Below the pieces are notes generated by a model. That model searched no databases, was not told the DNA's origin, and was given only the letters and a program-made list of their open reading frames with translations. Below are positions 46,647 through 57,235 of a DNA stretch of 64,000 nucleotides, piece after piece (the stretch's first letter is position 1; each line of letters opens with the position of its first letter). Origin of the DNA: an uncultured Nitrososphaerota archaeon (GTDB lineage Archaea > Thermoproteota > Nitrososphaeria > Nitrososphaerales > Nitrosopumilaceae); NCBI GenBank assembly GCA_963701075.1, contig OY969559.1:736001-800000 (forward strand). Direction: 5' to 3'. The position numbers and the translations under genes are program-made.

Positions 46647-46669
46647 GCAAAACAACTACTGGGACAAGC

Positions 46670-47060
46670 ATGTCCTCAGGAGAACAAATTCCACCGTGGT
46701 TGCAGGAACAAGTAGGTAGATTACAACAGTTACAACAAAACCTTCAATCAATCATGGCCCAAAAGCAACATCTTGAGGCAGAACAACATGAAACGGAAAG
46801 AGCTCTTGAGACGTTGGAGAAGACAGGCGATAATGACGCTGTGTACAAGGCGGCAGGTTCAATTCTTGTTAAATCGACAAAACCTCTTCTAGTTTCAGAA
46901 CTTGAGGAAAAAAAAGAACTTGCAAATACTCGCATAACTGTACTGACAAAGCAAGAAGCTTAGACTTAAGGAAAATCTCAAAGAATCGGAAACAAAAATC
47001 CGAGAAATGTTACATGGACCTGCAGCTCAGACTGGACCAAAGACAGATACTCCTAAATAA
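46670..47060 (+). CDS. pfdB: Prefoldin beta subunit, apparent frameshift near 46961
   Basis: VYKAAGSILVK; restored tail EARLKENLKESETKIREML...TAA at 47060. Confidence 0.92.
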
Positions 47061-47086
47061 AATACTGACTGAATTTTAGCGGTTCA

Positions 47087-47773
47087 ATGAAGATAGAAGA
47101 TATGCGAATGGTAGTTGACGAGCGAGAAAAAAAGAGTGGCATTCCTGATCTTTTAAAAGAAATTGGCGTAAAAGTAGAAATGAAAAATCTTCCAATAGGA
47201 GATTACATTGTTGCCTCTGAAACAGTGGTTGAAAGAAAAAGCATTCATGATTTTATTTCATCTGTTTTTGATGGAAGATTGTTTGACCAATGCAACAGGC
47301 TAAAGGAACATTTTGAGCATCCTGCAATCATTATAGAGGGTGACATTGACGAAATAAACCAAATTGCCGAAAACCCGCTAGTCTTCTATGGTGCAATTTC
47401 CTCTGTAGCGTTAGATTTCAAGATACCAGTTTTACCAACTCCAAATGCGTCAAATACTGCCAAATTGTTAGTTGCAATGTGTGCGAGACAAGGCAAAACA
47501 AAAGGTCCATTCCTTAAGAAGATAAGAAAGTCAGGAAACATACATCATCAACAATTGTCTGTTTTATGCAGCTTACCGGGTGTAGGTGAAAAGCTTGCAT
47601 CAAGAATGTTGGAAAAATTTGGGTCTCCAAGTAACTCCTTTAGTGCATCCATTGCAGAACTTTCAAAAATAGAAGGGATGGGTGAATCACGTGCACGAAA
47701 GATACGAAATCTGCTTGACGCAGAAATAAAAAATGACAAAAAAATTGGTCAGAAAACTTTGCACGATGTTTGA
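47087..47773 (+). CDS. xpf: XPF/ERCC4 structure-specific nuclease (short form with HhH2)
   Basis: VDERE, GDY, VERKSIHD, LPGVG and IEGMG HhH motifs, PIP-like QKTL tail. Confidence 0.92.
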   Translation: MKIEDMRMVVDEREKKSGIPDLLKEIGVKVEMKNLPIGDYIVASETVVERKSIHDFISSVFDGRLFDQCNRLKEHFEHPAIIIEGDIDEINQIAENPLVFYGAISSVALDFKIPVLPTPNASNTAKLLVAMCARQGKTKGPFLKKIRKSGNIHHQQLSVLCSLPGVGEKLASRMLEKFGSPSNSFSASIAELSKIEGMGESRARKIRNLLDAEIKNDKKIGQKTLHDV

Positions 47774-47811
47774 CATACAATAAAATACTGCTGCTTGACT
47801 TTAACCGCTAA

Positions 47812-48570
47812 ATGATAGTTTCTCATTCTTGGCTGGCCGAGCATTACAATGACCCAGATCTTATCATACTAGATTCTAGAGGAAGTGTTGCTTATTCATA
47901 TGCCCACATCCCGCGGTCGCAACCTCTTGGAGTGGAAAAAGTAGTCAAGGCCACTGATTCTGGCGCAAATCTTGTTCTAGAACCTGAAAACGCTGCAAGC
48001 CTGTTTAGTTCTCTTGGAATTGATGAGACAAAGACCGTAATAATATATGGCGATTACATGGACCCGTCTGCAGCTAGGATAGCTTGGACTTTGTTATACT
48101 ATGGACATGAAAAAACAAAGATCCTTGACATTGGAATTAGAAGTTGGCACCAAAAAGGACTTGCAATCACAAAGGAGGTCTACAAACCAAATCCTGCTAT
48201 TTTTGTGCCAAAAGTAAATTCTGCTATTAGAATAGAGGCAGAAGAGCTTCAAAAAAGAATCGATTCGGCTTTTATCATTGATGCTAGATCCCCGCAAGAG
48301 TATATGGGGGGCAGGATACCCAACTCTGTTCTTTTTCCTTTTACGGATGGAGTGGGAGAAAAGGGCTCTCTTTTCAAAGAGAAAGACGAACTAGTAAAGA
48401 TATTTGAGGCGCAAAAAATCCCAAAAGACAAAGAACTTGTGTGCTATTGTGCGCTTGGCCATAGGGCAGCAAATGTGTTCACCCAGCTTAAGATTGCCGG
48501 TTATGAAAACGTCAGGTTGTACGATGGTTCACTAGCTGACTGGATAGGACGAAGACTACCGCTTGGATGA
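47812..48570 (+). CDS. Tandem-domain rhodanese (sulfurtransferase)
   Basis: DARSPQEY, active-site CALGHR, YDGSLADW. Confidence 0.9.
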   Translation: MIVSHSWLAEHYNDPDLIILDSRGSVAYSYAHIPRSQPLGVEKVVKATDSGANLVLEPENAASLFSSLGIDETKTVIIYGDYMDPSAARIAWTLLYYGHEKTKILDIGIRSWHQKGLAITKEVYKPNPAIFVPKVNSAIRIEAEELQKRIDSAFIIDARSPQEYMGGRIPNSVLFPFTDGVGEKGSLFKEKDELVKIFEAQKIPKDKELVCYCALGHRAANVFTQLKIAGYENVRLYDGSLADWIGRRLPLG

Positions 48571-49032
48571 CTTGCGTCTTGTCTTGCTTCCGCATATTGG
48601 ACAAATAGAAACTTTTGAAAAACTTGATTTGCAACCAGGACAAAAATAAACCCAACTTATCTTGTCTGCACCTTTTGTCATGATTGGCACAACTTTCAAA
48701 TTCATATGCTTTGCTACATTTGAAACAGCAAAATCATCTGTAATCAATTCTCCTTCCAGCTGCAAACATAATGCAATAACGGAAACATCTTCTTTGGAAA
48801 GATGCTGATGATCACCCGTCTCTTCTGCCTTTCTGAGTACCATCTCGGTAAATTCTTTTTCAGGTTCAACAATTTTTAGTCTGTTTGATTCGATTAGAAC
48901 CGTTATTGCACCTTGATTTTTTTTGATATGCTTGACTTCTTCAAAAACTAGCGGTGTGGTATAGCTGGTATCTTGTGATGCAAATGGTATGCCTGCATAA
49001 AAAGAGGTAGCATCTAAAACCCTAAAAGCCAA
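48556..49032 (-). CDS. nob1: Nob1 family PIN endonuclease with zinc ribbon
   Basis: VLDAT, LSKED, TDDFAVSN, CPGC..CPICG. Confidence 0.9.
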   Translation of the reverse strand: MAFRVLDATSFYAGIPFASQDTSYTTPLVFEEVKHIKKNQGAITVLIESNRLKIVEPEKEFTEMVLRKAEETGDHQHLSKEDVSVIALCLQLEGELITDDFAVSNVAKHMNLKVVPIMTKGADKISWVYFCPGCKSSFSKVSICPICGSKTRRKSSKR

Positions 49033-49838
49033 GCTTGCTCATCTGTCTTAGACCTCTCTTCTTGAGTCTTACAAACACTGCATGTTTTTTGTATTTTCTA
49101 ACTGTGATGACCTCATCAAATCTTGCAGTCTTGATTACTTGAGCGTCCATGATTATGTTGGAATCATGACTGCTTATTATCTCAATTTTTTCATCCGGTA
49201 CTACTATGGATGGCAGTTTGTTGACTGGTGCCACTGGCGTTATTATTAGAACGCCCAAGCTTTCGTGCAGAATTGGGCCTCCTAAAGAATACGAATGTCC
49301 AGTTGAACCACTTGGAGTAGCAATTATCACACCATCCATTTTTTGTGTGACAGTATCATTTTGGAATCTTATCTCAAAAAGTGAAGTCTTGGTTAGATTT
49401 TGTCTGTTAATGTATATCTCATTTAATGCCGGAGGAAATTCTTGGCCTGCGCAAGAGGCAACTACTCGAATTCTTTTATCAAGAAGTATATTTCCAGATA
49501 TTATCTGCTCTATCGCAGTATCGATTTCTGGCATAGTTATTTCTGATAAAATTCCTCTATTGCCTCCAACATTGATGGCCAAATTGGGAGTCTCGTTTTC
49601 TAAATATCTAAAGGTGCGCAGGGTGGTACCATCACCGCCAAGTGTAATTGTAAGATCAAGCTTTGCCGTTTTGAGGTCTTCTAATTCATCTACTTTCTTC
49701 AGCTCCTTCCACTTGAATTGGAGAAACGGTATGTACTCTAATTTTTCTTCCAAGTAATTTCTTGACTACTTTTTTTGCCGCCTCTTCTGCTTCCTTTGAA
49801 CCGACTTTACTGACAACGGCTACATTATTGAGATCCAA
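49022..49838 (-). CDS. nadK: NAD kinase, apparent frameshift near 49700
   Basis: GGDGT, ALNE, DGVIIATPSGSTGHS; hand-read start TTG 49838 (MDLNNVAVVSKVGS). Confidence 0.92.
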
Positions 49839-49927
49839 TCAAGAATACTATTCTAATTTTACTTAAAAAGCATATGATGAGTATAAAATATTAAGCTCCT
49901 CATCTGTAACTTGATTAGAAAGACGCT

Positions 49928-50773
49928 ATGAGTTACGCACATCCTGAGGTTTTGACAGATACTGAGACAGTGGCAAAAAATCTAGGCAATAGCTCAATTA
50001 AGATTGTTGAAGTTGACTATGATCCAGAAAATGCCTACAGGCAGGGACACATTCAAAATGCCAGTTTAATTTGGTGGAAAAGAGACATCAATGATCCTGT
50101 GACGCGAGACATAGTTACCAAATCACAATTCGAAGAATTAATGTCAAGAAATGGAGTCACATCTGATTCCGAAGTAATTCTTTATGGTGATTTCAACAAC
50201 TGGTTTGCAGCTTTTGTTTTTTGGATATTCAAGTATTATGGGCATGAAAAAGTAAAGATCATGAATGGTGGTAGGAAAAAGTGGGAAATGGAGAAGAGGC
50301 CATATACAAAAGAAGAACCGCAGATTCAAAAAACAAAATATGTATCAAAACCGCCTAATGAAGGAATGAGAGCTTATCTGTTTGATGTGAGACGAGCCCT
50401 TGACAAAACAGATACCGTTCTAGTTGACGTACGCTCTCCCAAAGAATTCTCAGGAGAGATTACAGCTCCGCCAGAATATCCGATGGAACATGCTCAGAGA
50501 GGAGGCCACATTCCAGGTGCACACAATATTCCGTGGGCTACTGCTGTAAATGACACTGATGGTACTTTCAAAGCTGTTGATGAATTAAAGAAGAATTATG
50601 AACCTAAAGGAGTTACACCAGATAAAGATGTGATTTGCTACTGCAGAATAGGGGAGAGATCATCTCATTCATGGTTTGTCCTAAAGTATCTATTGGGATA
50701 TCCGCAAGTTAGGAACTATGATGGCTCTTGGACTGAATGGGGTAATATGATTGGAAACCCAATCGAAAAATAA
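49928..50773 (+). CDS. Thiosulfate sulfurtransferase (CysA/SseA-like rhodanese)
   Basis: GHIQNA, GHIPGA, active-site CRIGER, YDGSWTEW. Confidence 0.93.
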   Translation: MSYAHPEVLTDTETVAKNLGNSSIKIVEVDYDPENAYRQGHIQNASLIWWKRDINDPVTRDIVTKSQFEELMSRNGVTSDSEVILYGDFNNWFAAFVFWIFKYYGHEKVKIMNGGRKKWEMEKRPYTKEEPQIQKTKYVSKPPNEGMRAYLFDVRRALDKTDTVLVDVRSPKEFSGEITAPPEYPMEHAQRGGHIPGAHNIPWATAVNDTDGTFKAVDELKKNYEPKGVTPDKDVICYCRIGERSSHSWFVLKYLLGYPQVRNYDGSWTEWGNMIGNPIEK

Positions 50774-51083
50774 TGAGTTAGATCAGGAACTTCCTGTACT
50801 AAACAAAGGAATATTCTATGCCATAAGGGATGGTTCTACTGATCTCATCATGGAAGACAAAACCAAGCGAGGTCTTACAGTGCAAGAACAATCAATAGAT
50901 GAAAAATACAATGTAATTTCAGAAAAAGGGATGATCTATGATATGGATGGCATTGGACACAAAGTGGGCATACGGTGGTTCTTTCCTAAGGACAAGTATA
51001 CTTTTGAGAATGTATTGGAGCATGCCAAAGAGATGGAAGAAAGATACCGAAAGATCCGTGAAGAAACCTGCCCAGACTACTGA
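50751..51083 (+). CDS. Hypothetical protein overlapping the rhodanese stop
   Basis: 110 aa ORF ending ETCPDY. Confidence 0.72.
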   Translation: METQSKNNELDQELPVLNKGIFYAIRDGSTDLIMEDKTKRGLTVQEQSIDEKYNVISEKGMIYDMDGIGHKVGIRWFFPKDKYTFENVLEHAKEMEERYRKIREETCPDY

Positions 51084-51119
51084 GAAGAGTTTTTAAGGAC
51101 TTTTCTAATAATAGTTGGC

Positions 51120-52073
51120 ATGTCTCTTCTTCTAAAAGATAAAGTATACTCAGTTCAGTCTGCCACTACAAAGAGAGGAATTTATCCGCTGCATAACTAT
51201 AAACTGGGCCTTTATCGTCTGCCTGTAAAATTGGAAGACAAGTATGAAATAGATTCTATTGTTAGCGGTTTTAAGAAAATTTTTGCCATGGATCAATTCG
51301 CTGACAGAATTTATGCGACGTATCGCTGGAAAGAGGAGAACATGCCAGATCCAGATGAGCGTGGATACAAACAGATTGAGCTTGAAGTTCAAGTCGAAGT
51401 TATAACAGGAGAGGTAGTTGACATGATATACCAAATCTATCCAATTGAGAAATACGGTGACGGCCTGTGGGTAAAAGATTATCGAAGAAAGGCTGATACA
51501 AATGCTAAGATGATGATTGATACTATATTGCGTAATAGCATTCTTGCCGACAGGATGGTTGAACATATTGTAAAAACTAAACAAGTAGAACCGGAGATTG
51601 CTATCAAAGAACTGGAAGAAATGACACCGCTGGCACAGATAGTTCCAAATGCCAAGCCAAAACCAAAACCAGCTGCGCCTCCGCCTGGACAAGAGGCCAA
51701 ACCCGCCGAAGTTGAAACTCCATCTGGAGTAAAGCAGGGCCCAATAGACGTTGAATTCAAGTCAAAGCTCAAAGTAACTGAAACATTTACTGCTCCATCA
51801 AGCAGCAATAAGATCAAGATCTTCGGACCACGAAAAGGAAACGAAGTGTTAGGTATATGGGGCGAGTTTGTCTCAGTAGATTTTGATGTCTGTATAGGGG
51901 ATGGTGCATGTATTGATGCTTGTCCTGTCAAGGTCTACGAGTGGGCCGATTTCCCAGGAAACATATCATCTGAAAAGAAACCGCTGATGGCAAGAGAACC
52001 AGATTGCATATTCTGCCTGGCATGTGAGAATGTTTGCCCTGTTCAAGCAATCAAGATCTCAAAGAAGGGCTAG
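51120..52073 (+). CDS. Unknown N-terminal domain fused to a dicluster ferredoxin
   Basis: CIGDGACIDACP and CIFCLACENVCP; Pro-rich linker. Confidence 0.88.
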   Translation: MSLLLKDKVYSVQSATTKRGIYPLHNYKLGLYRLPVKLEDKYEIDSIVSGFKKIFAMDQFADRIYATYRWKEENMPDPDERGYKQIELEVQVEVITGEVVDMIYQIYPIEKYGDGLWVKDYRRKADTNAKMMIDTILRNSILADRMVEHIVKTKQVEPEIAIKELEEMTPLAQIVPNAKPKPKPAAPPPGQEAKPAEVETPSGVKQGPIDVEFKSKLKVTETFTAPSSSNKIKIFGPRKGNEVLGIWGEFVSVDFDVCIGDGACIDACPVKVYEWADFPGNISSEKKPLMAREPDCIFCLACENVCPVQAIKISKKG

Positions 52074-52120
52074 TAAAACAACGGTAAGGCTATAAGGACT
52101 TGTGAGTTGAAAGACTCCAA

Positions 52121-54148
52121 ATGCTGATACATACCCTGCCAACTCCTTTAACACAATTCCTATGGAATCTGTTCATCGGAATAGCCCTTGTAATAACTCT
52201 ATACACATGTAATTTCTATTACTTGGTTTTTTTGGCACGACAAAAAAAGAAGACAAAATCTATCGAGTTAAAAGAAACTCCAACCGTTACAATCCAGCTT
52301 CCAATTTATAATGAAAAATATGTTGCGGCTAGACTAGTAAATGCCGTCTGCGAACAAGATTACCCAAAAGAAAAATTGTGTATCCAAGTGCTAGATGATT
52401 CTGATGATGACACATTCAATATTCTAGAAGATCTAGTGGACGATTACAAAAAGAAAGGATTCGATATAACTCATGTGAGAAGAGGAAATAGAAAAGGGTA
52501 CAAGGCAGGAGCGCTCCGTCACGCAATGAGCTTTACAAAAGGAGACTTTGTTGCTATATTTGATGCAGACTTTATTCCACCTTCATGGTTTCTAAAAAAA
52601 GCACTCTCGTATTTTTGCAAGCCAGAGATAGGTCTGGTGCAATGTAGGTGGGGCCATGTTAATGAAAACTATTCAGCTTTAACGATGGCTCAGGCACTAA
52701 GCTTGGATTTTCATTTTCTCATAGAACAAAAGGCAAAAAGCAATTCCCATCTATTTATGAATTTCAATGGTACTGCTGGTGTATGGAGAAGAGAATGCAT
52801 TGAAGACTCTGGGGGATGGCATACTGCAACACTAGTAGAAGATCTAGATCTTAGTTATAGAGCCCAGATGAAAGGCTGGAAATGTGTATTCATACCTGAC
52901 ATTGTAGTAGATGCGGAGCTCCCTGTACAAATGAATGCAGCAAAGAGACAACAGTTCAGGTGGGCAAAGGGGTCAATTCAATGTGCCATAAAATTGCTGG
53001 GCGATGTTGCAATAAAGAGAATCCCAATTGAGACAAAAGTCCAAGCCTTTGTTCAACTTACAAGACACATATCGTTTCCATTAATGCTGATACAATTCTT
53101 AATTCTTCCAATATTGCTCGCCTCAAAAATAAATCTATACATAATCAGCGGACTGCCGGCCATTACAATAATGGTGTATCTTGCTATGGGGCCTCTGGTG
53201 TATATTATGATAATTCGTGACTTGTATCATGCAAGTTGGAAGTCAAAGGTACTTTCGTATTTTTACATGATCTTTTATTCTGCAGGTATGTCAGTGAACA
53301 ATACTATTGCTGTCTTTGATGCATTCTTTGGAAAGAAGAATGAATTTTTGCGTACTCCAAAGTTTGGAATAGTAAATAAGACTGATGATTGGAGGGACAA
53401 AGCTTATGCGCTGCCTTTTACCAAAACCACATTGCTTGAGATATTCTTTGGCGTATATGGAGTCATAGGAATATTTGTTGCGATCTTTTCAAACAATCCC
53501 ATTTTTGCTCCAATAATAGGAATTCAAGTTGTAGGATTTTTCTACATAGCATATCTTAGCATATCGCATTCAACATTTAAAAAAGGCAAATCAAGAAATA
53601 TACCTGTTACATCAGGTACTCAAAGGATGGCAAATACATACTACAAGCTTGCAATGGGCGGAATTATGGGACTCATAGCCTTAGGCGTAGTCATGGCTTT
53701 TGAGGAATATGGTACCACGATATACCCACTTGACCAAGCTAGAGGACTTTTATCAAGAGTTCAGGCCACATCTGATCCACAAACCATCCACGATGAGCTG
53801 AAAAATGTAATGATGCTTCTACCAAAATCAGGAAACCCTGTATGGATATTTCCTACCGAAGACACAGACTTTGGATTAATGCAAGGAGACCTACAGACTA
53901 TGTTGGGAACCGTAGATAAGGTTGGAAGCACATCTCCTGACAGTGCAGCATTTCATGCCGGAATGCTAAACATTCATGCGCAGGCCACGACAATTACATT
54001 CAACCTGCTTGATGCCACACCATACATGTATGTGAGCATATCCAACATTTTGTTTGGTTGCATATGGGTAGCTGTGATAATTGGAATATTTGCAATGTTG
54101 AAGAGAAAAAGAGAACGTCTGAGAGCCTACGACTTGGAAGAGGCCTAG
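52121..54148 (+). CDS. Processive GT2 glycosyltransferase (cellulose synthase-like)
   Basis: QLPIYNE, DDSDD, KAGAL, FDAD, VED, QQFRW, multiple TMs. Confidence 0.92.
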   Translation: MLIHTLPTPLTQFLWNLFIGIALVITLYTCNFYYLVFLARQKKKTKSIELKETPTVTIQLPIYNEKYVAARLVNAVCEQDYPKEKLCIQVLDDSDDDTFNILEDLVDDYKKKGFDITHVRRGNRKGYKAGALRHAMSFTKGDFVAIFDADFIPPSWFLKKALSYFCKPEIGLVQCRWGHVNENYSALTMAQALSLDFHFLIEQKAKSNSHLFMNFNGTAGVWRRECIEDSGGWHTATLVEDLDLSYRAQMKGWKCVFIPDIVVDAELPVQMNAAKRQQFRWAKGSIQCAIKLLGDVAIKRIPIETKVQAFVQLTRHISFPLMLIQFLILPILLASKINLYIISGLPAITIMVYLAMGPLVYIMIIRDLYHASWKSKVLSYFYMIFYSAGMSVNNTIAVFDAFFGKKNEFLRTPKFGIVNKTDDWRDKAYALPFTKTTLLEIFFGVYGVIGIFVAIFSNNPIFAPIIGIQVVGFFYIAYLSISHSTFKKGKSRNIPVTSGTQRMANTYYKLAMGGIMGLIALGVVMAFEEYGTTIYPLDQARGLLSRVQATSDPQTIHDELKNVMMLLPKSGNPVWIFPTEDTDFGLMQGDLQTMLGTVDKVGSTSPDSAAFHAGMLNIHAQATTITFNLLDATPYMYVSISNILFGCIWVAVIIGIFAMLKRKRERLRAYDLEEA

Positions 54149-55479
54149 GAAATATTTAGTTCGTGTCTTACTTCGTCAACTGCTCTAATTCCAAATAGAT
54201 CGCGAATTTGTTCCATTCTAATTGACTCCTTGACCAGATCAGCTCCTCACTCACTTATCAAAAGTCTAAAGACATCTGTGAATCTAATTTCCCACCTGTC
54301 TGAACAATCCATAATCTTTGATATGCTCCACTGTTTTACTTCAAGAGGAAGTGGCATCTTTGATTCCACTTCAATGGAGAGTCTGTCAAATAGATTTACC
54401 ATGTCTACAGTTTGAGCTACCATTTTTTGTATGTCTTCTAACGTGCCATATTTTGACTCTGATCTCATGCGTATATTGGACTGAAACTCAGAAAGGCGTA
54501 GCAATCCCATAACTTCGCTTGAGGTGCTCTGCGAGGTCTTGTGGGTTACATCTCTAATCTCATTTAATTGCTGAGAGATCTCGTATGTCTTTTTATTGAA
54601 TTCAGATATGGACGATGAGTTTCTATTGAGCAGTTCTGCAAAGTCTGACATTTTCTCTTCCAGATCCTTTGTTTTGCCTAGCACATTGTCCTTGAAATTG
54701 CTAAATTCGGCGTTTACGTTTCTAATGTCATTGCCTAGCACATCAAGAGAATCTGTTTTCTTTATCAATGAGTTAATCTCTGTACTAACATTTCTAATCT
54801 GAGAATCAAGACCAAAGATTGGCTCTGTCTTTGTGACAATTCTATCAATTTCAGTTTTGATGTTTGATATGCTTTCTTCAAGATGTGCCATTTTTCCGGT
54901 TTTTTCGGAGATTTCCTTCGTGCTCTTCTTTACTTCCTCAATTTCAGAGCCAATGTTTGATAATGACTCTGCCCTGCTTGTCACGCTCTTTATTTCTTCA
55001 CGTATCTTCTCCGTCTTTTCTGATACATGCATTATCATCTTGGTATTATTTCTAATAGAGTCTAGATTGTCTGCTAGATTCTGCATGAGCTTGCCGGTAT
55101 CAGGAATGCTCTCTTGTTTTTGGTGAATCTTGCTAACTTGATCCTGAAGGCGATTTATCTGATCATTGATTTTCTCTATAAGGTTTGAATGTGCTTTTAC
55201 CTGGCTCATTCCGTGGAAGAGTCTTTGTGTATCTTCTTCAATGATGGTTATCTGTCTTGAACTTTTTTGAATCTGATCTAGTGAAGAATTAACTCCATCT
55301 ATCATGCTTTTTAATGAAATCAGTATTTTCTGATTTTCAGTGAAAATTTTGGACATTGTCTTTACTTCTGACGCCAAAACTTTGGTTGCCTCAGAAATTG
55401 AGCTCATCTTCTTGAGCACATCTGCAGTATGATCTTTGGTTCCCCCCTTGCTATTCTCAGTTTTTTTTGCTTGCTTCAC
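54145..55479 (-). CDS. Long coiled-coil protein; in-frame TGA at 54247-54249 is probably an error
   Basis: Heptad-rich 410 aa ORF; the same frame continues GADLVKESIRMEQIRDLFGIRAVDEVRHELNIS to TAG at 54145. Confidence 0.8.
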
Positions 55480-55547
55480 TTTAAATTACAATAACCATAG
55501 CCGATAAAAAAGTTCGGTTTTAATTTTCTTCAAAAAATAGCCAAGAA

Positions 55548-55655
55548 TTAGTTGTTGACTAACTCTGGGTCATGTAGTACCTCGTGCAAGGTCTTCTCTA
55601 CTAAGCCATTTGCAGTCTCAAAGAACTGCCTTGGACAGAATTCGCAATTTAGCAT
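55548..55655 (-). CDS. 35-aa C2H2-type zinc-finger microprotein
   Basis: Hand translation MLNCEFCPRQFFETANGLVEKTLHEVLHDPELVNN (CxxCxxxF...HxxxH). Confidence 0.65.
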   Translation of the reverse strand: MLNCEFCPRQFFETANGLVEKTLHEVLHDPELVNN

Positions 55656-55659
55656 ATCT

Positions 55660-55710
55660 TACCGTACCATACGGTACTATTAACATAAAGGTAATTTTGG
55701 TATTACCAAA
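55660..55710. promoter_or_regulatory. Two palindromes flanking the putative TATA region of the zinc-finger microprotein gene
   Basis: TACCGTA-cca-TACGGTA (55660-55676) and TTTGGTA-t-TACCAAA (55696-55710). Confidence 0.4.
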
Positions 55711-55718
55711 GGTAGGTT

Positions 55719-56093
55719 TTACTTTTTTTGAAGTTTAAGCGATGCCGAGTTTATGCAATATCGTAACCCGGTAGGCGCAGGCCCGTCATCAAAAACATGT
55801 CCTAGATGAGAACCACATTTTTTACACATGACCTCAGTCCTGCTCATGCCATAACTGGTATCAGTCTCCACTTGCGTATTGCCTGATATTGTCTCCCAAA
55901 AACTCGGCCACCCTGTACCTGAATCAAATTTTGTCTCAGAACTGAATAACTCTGCTTCACAACAAACGCATTGGTACACTCCACTGTCTTTGCAATTGTT
56001 GTATGTGCCAGAAAAGGGCGGCTCTGTGCCTTTCATTCTGCAAATAAAGTACTGATCTTGTGTTAGCTTCTTTTTCCATTCATCTTCTGACAT
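55719..56093 (-). CDS. msrB: Peptide methionine-R-sulfoxide reductase
   Basis: [32 protein letters not shown]. Confidence 0.96.
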   Translation of the reverse strand: MSEDEWKKKLTQDQYFICRMKGTEPPFSGTYNNCKDSGVYQCVCCEAELFSSETKFDSGTGWPSFWETISGNTQVETDTSYGMSRTEVMCKKCGSHLGHVFDDGPAPTGLRYCINSASLKLQKK

Positions 56094-56214
56094 TTCTGAT
56101 AACAAATTATATCTTTTTTTGAATATTAATCTTTTAAAGTGATTCGTGAACAATTTATTAGGTTATATCTAATTCTCAAGTTTTAAATTATGATATCTGG
56201 CATGTTTTCTCGTT

Positions 56215-57124
56215 ATGCAACGAGATTTACAATTAACAGTAAGAATGGTAATTAGTTTTCTTGCACTCACGCTAATCTACCTCGTATTTTTGAGCTTTAT
56301 TGCCATGTACTTTGGATTGGGCATTCTTCCAATTGCAATAATTGCCGGATTGATGATCGGGGCACAATGGTACTTTTCTGATAGGATAGTTCTCTGGAGC
56401 ACGGGAACTAGGCTTGTAACTAGGGAAGAATATCCAGTTTTACACGAAATAGTAGAAAGGTTAGCGCAAAAGGCAAATCTTCCAATGCCTAGGGTTGGAG
56501 TTATGTCAAGCGATGTTCCAAATGCATTTGCTACAGGCAAGGGTCCCAAGAGACTCTGTAGTGGTTGTAAGTTTGGGAATAATGAGAATTCTGGACAAGG
56601 AGGAACTTGAGGGTGTCTTATCGCATGAACTCACTCACATAAAACACAGAGATGTTACAATCATCACCCTTGCAAGTTTGTTCTCTACTATTGCTTGGTA
56701 TCTTATGCAATCTTCCATGTTCAGCTCAATGTGGGGCGGTTCAGGATATGGGGGAAGACAACAGCAAGGGGGGAACCTCTTTTTGGTCATTATTGTAGCT
56801 GCAGTAGTATGGCTCCTAAGTTTCCTAGTGATCAGAGCCATATCTAGATACAGGGAATTTGCTGCAGACAGAGGCGGGGCTCTACTTACGGGCCAACCAA
56901 TGAATCTATCTCGTGCGTTGATGAAGATAGAAGGAAGAGTAAAAGTGGCTCCAAAACAGGGACTTCAAAAGATGGAAGGAATGAATGCATTTTTTATCGT
57001 ACCTGTGATATCAGGCCAGACGATTGCAAGGTTTTTCTCTACGCATCCTCCATTAGAGGAACGCATCAAGCGCTTAATGGAAATTGAACGACAACTTCGT
57101 GACTCTGACCAACTAGGCATCTAG
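56215..57124 (+). CDS. htpX: Zinc metalloprotease HtpX, apparent frameshift near 56553
   Basis: PNAFATG, HELTH, SRYREFAAD, STHPP. Confidence 0.94.
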
Positions 57125-57153
57125 TAAGTTCTATGCACGAATATCTTCAGAAA

Positions 57154-57213
57154 GCAGTCAGATACCCCAGGTATAATTCATCATATAATCAGTAAACCCA
57201 ATCATCATTCTGC
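57154..57213 (-). ncRNA. Box C/D methylation guide sRNA
   Basis: Minus strand reads GCAG-A-ATGATGA(C)-TTGGGTTTA-CTGA(D')-TTAT-ATGATGA(C')-ATTATACCTGGGGTAT-CTGA(D)-CTGC: four consensus boxes, 4-bp terminal stem, intergenic. Confidence 0.85.
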
Positions 57214-57235
57214 AAACCACTGTTATCTGAACGCG

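Noticed and set aside
49874-49880. ATGATGA box C-like motif (also near 33017)
   Set aside because: No properly spaced CTGA boxes; lies in promoter or leader sequence
45417-51931. Long antisense ORFs (45417-45947, 49206-49757, 51150-51692, 51479-51931)
   Set aside because: Antisense shadows of well-supported genes with non-protein-like composition
54247-54249. In-frame TGA as selenocysteine or stop read-through
   Set aside because: Context fits Leu (SELGADL); GAGTGA is explained as a miscalled GAGCTA at an AGCT site; no SECIS evidence
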